Shown piece after piece: positions 37,340 to 40,802 of a stretch of DNA of 40,802 nt. The stretch lies in contig CANQVR010000003.1 of NCBI GenBank assembly GCA_947627375.1, positions 1-40,802 of the forward strand, read 5' to 3'. Source of the stretch: an uncultured Bacilli bacterium (GTDB lineage: Bacteria; Bacillota_I; Bacilli_A; RF39; UBA660). The translations under genes and the position numbers were made by a program. How positions within the stretch are numbered: the stretch's first letter is position 1; every line of letters begins with the position of its first letter. Below the pieces are notes generated by a model. That model was not told the origin of the DNA, made no database searches, and saw nothing but the letters and a program-made list of their open reading frames with translations.

Positions 37340-38986
37340 ATGAAAAAGAATTCATTTTTAGAAGGAAGTTTTATTGCAACAGCATCTATTATTTTTGTAA
37401 AAATTCTTGGAATGCTTTATGTTATTCCTTTTTATGCAATAGTCGGTGTTAAGGGAGCAAGTTTATATGCTTATGCTTATACAATTTATAATATATTTTT
37501 AGATATAGCATCAGCAGGGTTGCCAGTTGCAATAAGTAAACTTATAAATGAGTATAATACATTAGGAAAAAAAGAAGCTAAGGTTCGTACCTATAAGATT
37601 GGAATTATTATAGTGGGAATTCTTTCTTTAATATCTTTTCTAATTGTCTTCTTTTTTGCAAAATATATTGCGATTGCGATACTTGGTGATTTATCAGGTG
37701 GAAATACAATAAAAGATGTAACTTTAGTTATACGTTCAATTTCATTTGCTATATTAGTAATTCCATACCTTGCTATTTCTAAAGGATATTTACAAGGACA
37801 TCATTTTATTGGACCTCCTTCAGTTAGTCAAGTTTTAGAACAAATTGTAAGAATTTTAGTTTTACTTGGTGGTTCATTTATTATTATAAAACTATTAGGT
37901 TTTGATGTATCTATTGGTGTTGCAGTTTCTTTACTTGGAGCGTTTATTGGTGGAATAGTTGCTTACTTATATATTCGTGGTAAAATAAGTAAAAATAAAG
38001 ATCAATTAGATTTAGATGAAGATTTACCAAGAGATAATGTAGAAAGTAAAGAAATTATAAAAAAAATAATTGTTTATTCATTACCTTTAATAATAATGGA
38101 TACAGCAATAAGTATTTATCATTTTATAGATATGGTTTTAATTATTAGAACACTTGATTATTTAAAATTTACAGCTCATGATGTTGAAATGATTACTAGT
38201 TCAATAGTAACTTATGCTCCAAAAATTAATATGATTATAGCCAGTATGGCTACTGGTATGTCAGTTAGTTTAATTCCAACAATAGTATCTAGTTATGTTA
38301 AAAAAGATTGGAAAGATGTAAATGATAAACTTAATAAAGCATTACAAATAATACTTATTATTTCTATTCCAATGGCAGTTGGTATTTCCTTACTTGCAAA
38401 ACCAATATGGGCACTTTTCTATCAACCAAATAATTATGGAACTTTGATTTTAGCGCTTTCTATATTTGTAGCAATACTTACTAATGTTTTTGTTATTACT
38501 AATTCAGTATTACAAGGACTTAATAAATTTAGAGTATTATATATATGTATATTTACAGGATTTATTACTAATGGTTTATTAGATGTTCCTTTGATGCTTT
38601 TATTTAATAAGTTAGGACTTCCTGTTTATTATGGAGCGATTGTTGCGACTATAATAGGATATAGTTTGACTATATTTATGGTCTTAACTACATTACATCA
38701 AAAAGAAAAACTTACTTATCGAAAAACATTTAAAGTTTTAGGAAAAACAATAGTACCACTTATTTTCATGATTGGAGTTGTATTGATACTTAAGTTAATT
38801 ATTCCATTAAATATAGCAAGTAAAATAAGTTGTATTGTATATATTGCTATTATTTCAATAGTGGGAGCAGTAGTATTCTTATATACTTCTTATAAGATGA
38901 ATATTTTACAAGAGATATTTGGATTTAAGTTTTTAAATAATTTTGTGCAAAAGATGACTTTTGGAAAATTAAAATTAAAAAAATAA
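37340..38986 (+). CDS. MOP-family flippase (YtgP/MurJ-like)
   Basis: KILGMLYVIPF, Y.YAY..Y, GLPVAISK, SQVLEQIVR, LQG; about 14 TM segments. Confidence 0.9.
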   Translation: MKKNSFLEGSFIATASIIFVKILGMLYVIPFYAIVGVKGASLYAYAYTIYNIFLDIASAGLPVAISKLINEYNTLGKKEAKVRTYKIGIIIVGILSLISFLIVFFFAKYIAIAILGDLSGGNTIKDVTLVIRSISFAILVIPYLAISKGYLQGHHFIGPPSVSQVLEQIVRILVLLGGSFIIIKLLGFDVSIGVAVSLLGAFIGGIVAYLYIRGKISKNKDQLDLDEDLPRDNVESKEIIKKIIVYSLPLIIMDTAISIYHFIDMVLIIRTLDYLKFTAHDVEMITSSIVTYAPKINMIIASMATGMSVSLIPTIVSSYVKKDWKDVNDKLNKALQIILIISIPMAVGISLLAKPIWALFYQPNNYGTLILALSIFVAILTNVFVITNSVLQGLNKFRVLYICIFTGFITNGLLDVPLMLLFNKLGLPVYYGAIVATIIGYSLTIFMVLTTLHQKEKLTYRKTFKVLGKTIVPLIFMIGVVLILKLIIPLNIASKISCIVYIAIISIVGAVVFLYTSYKMNILQEIFGFKFLNNFVQKMTFGKLKLKK

Positions 38987-39030
38987 TTTTAAGTGTTTGT
39001 GTTATAATATAGGTAGTTGGAGATGTTATT

Positions 39031-40413
39031 ATGTCAGATAAAGAATTATATTTAAATTATGAAAAATATTTAGATAAAGAAGTTGTATTAGAAGGATGGA
39101 TAAGAAATCATAGAAAACAAAAAGAATTTGGATTTATTTCGTTTTCTGATGGAACTTATTTTCCACAGATTCAAATTGTTTATGATAATAAGTTAGATAA
39201 TTTTTCTACTATTACAAAATTTCATATAGGTAGTTCAATAAGAGTAAGAGGAATTGTGGTTAAATCACCTAAGGAAAATCAAGCTTTTGAGATACATGCT
39301 TTAGAAATAGTTTTATTAGGAGATTGTCCTGAAGATTATCCGATTCAACCTAAAAGACATTCTCGTGAATTTCTAAGAGAACAAGCTTATCTTAGACCTA
39401 GAACTAATTTGTTTCAAGCAGTTTTTAAAGTAAGAAGTAAAGCAGCTTTTGCAATTCATGAATATTTTCAAAATAAAGATTTTGTTTATCTTCATGCTCC
39501 TTTGATTACTGCGAGTGATTGTGAAGGAGCAGGAGAGATGTTTCATGTTACTAGTTTTGATCTAGAAAATATTCCAAAAGATGAAAATGGTAATGTTGAT
39601 TATAGTAAAGATTTCTTTGGTAAAATGGCTTCTCTAACTGTATCTGGACAACTTCAAGCAGAAACTTTTGCTTTAGCTTATAAAAATGTTTATACTTTTG
39701 GACCTACATTTAGAGCAGAGAACTCTAATACTAAAACACATGCTTCTGAATTTTGGATGATCGAGCCTGAAATGGCATTTTGTGATTTAGAAAAAGATAT
39801 GGATGTTATGGAAGATATGTTAAAGTATATAGTTAATTATGTACTTAAAAATTGTAAAGAAGAACTTAAATTCTTAAATAATTTTGTAGAAAAAGGTTTA
39901 ATAGAGAAACTTGAAAAATTAGTTAATTCTAAAGCAGTGAGAATTACTCATCATGAAGCGATAGAAATTTTAAAAAATTCTGGAAAAGACTTCGAATTCA
40001 CGCCTGAGTTTTCTGAAGATTTAGCCCGTGAACATGAAAAGTATTTAACTGAAGAAAAATATCATTGTCCAGTATTTGTTTATGATTGGCCTAAAGATAT
40101 TAAAGCATTTTATATGAGACTTAATGATGATTTAGAAACAGTTGGAGCAGTAGATTTACTTGTACCAGGTTCAGGTGAATTAATGGGAGGTTCACAAAGA
40201 GAAGAAAGATATGATGTTTTGATGCATCGTATGGAAGAAATGAATGTTTCACGTGATGAACTTTCTTGGTATTTAAAACTTAGAGAATATGGTGGATGTA
40301 TTCATTCAGGATTTGGTATGGGATTTGAAAGATTAATTATGTATTTAACTGGAGTTGAAAATATAAGAGATGTTATACCATATCCAAGAACTCCAAAGTC
40401 TTGTGATTTTTAA
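39031..40413 (+). CDS. asnS: Asparagine--tRNA ligase
   Basis: DCEGAGE, LTVSGQL, GPTFRAENSNT..H.SEFWMIEPE, GGSQREER, GFGMGFER. Confidence 0.97.
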   Translation: MSDKELYLNYEKYLDKEVVLEGWIRNHRKQKEFGFISFSDGTYFPQIQIVYDNKLDNFSTITKFHIGSSIRVRGIVVKSPKENQAFEIHALEIVLLGDCPEDYPIQPKRHSREFLREQAYLRPRTNLFQAVFKVRSKAAFAIHEYFQNKDFVYLHAPLITASDCEGAGEMFHVTSFDLENIPKDENGNVDYSKDFFGKMASLTVSGQLQAETFALAYKNVYTFGPTFRAENSNTKTHASEFWMIEPEMAFCDLEKDMDVMEDMLKYIVNYVLKNCKEELKFLNNFVEKGLIEKLEKLVNSKAVRITHHEAIEILKNSGKDFEFTPEFSEDLAREHEKYLTEEKYHCPVFVYDWPKDIKAFYMRLNDDLETVGAVDLLVPGSGELMGGSQREERYDVLMHRMEEMNVSRDELSWYLKLREYGGCIHSGFGMGFERLIMYLTGVENIRDVIPYPRTPKSCDF

Positions 40414-40423
40414 AATAATTATA

Positions 40424-40452
40424 TTGAAAAAAATATAAATTAATGATATGAT
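40424..40452 (+). promoter_or_regulatory. Sigma-A promoter driving a short non-coding unit
   Basis: TTGAAA, 17 nt, TG-n-TATGAT. Confidence 0.7.
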
Positions 40453-40458
40453 TAATTT

Positions 40459-40553
40459 ATCAAGGAAACTTGAATAATATATTGTAAGAAGACTCAAAGT
40501 CAGGTTGAGCACTTACCATTTAGTATGCACTCAAGATGATTGAGTGCTCTTTT
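40459..40553 (+). ncRNA. Putative small RNA resembling a type III TA antitoxin (ToxI-like), orphan
   Basis: GAAA-tetraloop hairpin, pseudoknot-capable core with partial ~36-nt repeat, terminator GCACTCAA-GATGA-TTGAGTGC-TCTTTT; no ORF. Confidence 0.55.
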
Positions 40554-40595
40554 ATTAATAATTTAATTAAATACTATCAATAAAAGATTATTAGT

Positions 40596-40640
40596 AAAAA
40601 AGATAGCTATTATTTTTTGTTTAATAATAACTATCTTTTT
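40596..40640. terminator. Bidirectional terminator-like inverted repeat
   Basis: AAAAAGATAG.TATTATT...AATAATA.CTATCTTTTT. Confidence 0.65.
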
Positions 40641-40802
40641 ATATTATTTTAATTTAACAATTTGATTTGTATTGTCTTTTCGATCTTTTAATACTTCTTT
40701 CCAATTAATTGGGACAACATCTTTTAAGAGAGTGTAAAAAACTTTGTGTAAAGTTACCATCTATGGTAATAAAGATATTAGAGACTAGAGAATCAGTCTC
40801 TT

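Noticed and set aside
40245-40260. parS-like TGTTTCACGTGATGAA inside asnS
   Set aside because: Three mismatches in one arm relative to TGTTTCACGTGAAACA and explicable by coding; no full parS site seen
40499-40511. SRP RNA-like GTCAGG..AGCA
   Set aside because: No GNRA stem-loop between CAGG and AGCA and no long enclosing helix

Overview
This is a very AT-rich, gene-dense core chromosome segment read in the standard genetic code. It retains the Bacillus-type gene order from soj/spo0J through rpsF-ssb-rpsR, rplI-dnaB, rlmH, rpoE, prfA, fba, rpmE, mbl and tagO to secA, but many of the usual genes are missing from their slots: walRK-yycHI-htrA, argS, pyrG, spo0F, rho, tdk, glyA/upp, the atp operon, spoIID and prfB. 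The pattern suggests a genome-reduced member of Bacilli such as the uncultured RF39-like lineages (inference). Sporulation genes persist (spoIIR, spoIIQ, spoIIID, a pbpG-like PBP), and three of them have candidate forespore-sigma promoters. The spoIIR 5' region suggests an ATT start codon with an SD-sequestering hairpin. Several proteins have altered catalytic motifs: two DHH phosphoesterases, an SGNH protein and an AgrC-like kinase. A small decayed accessory patch follows secA (RhuM fragment, HTH-Fic with a candidate operator, another gene remnant, a long hairpin). After asnS there is a free-standing ~95-nt non-coding transcription unit resembling a type III toxin-antitoxin antitoxin RNA, with no adjacent toxin gene. 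No rRNA, tRNA or CRISPR array was seen.
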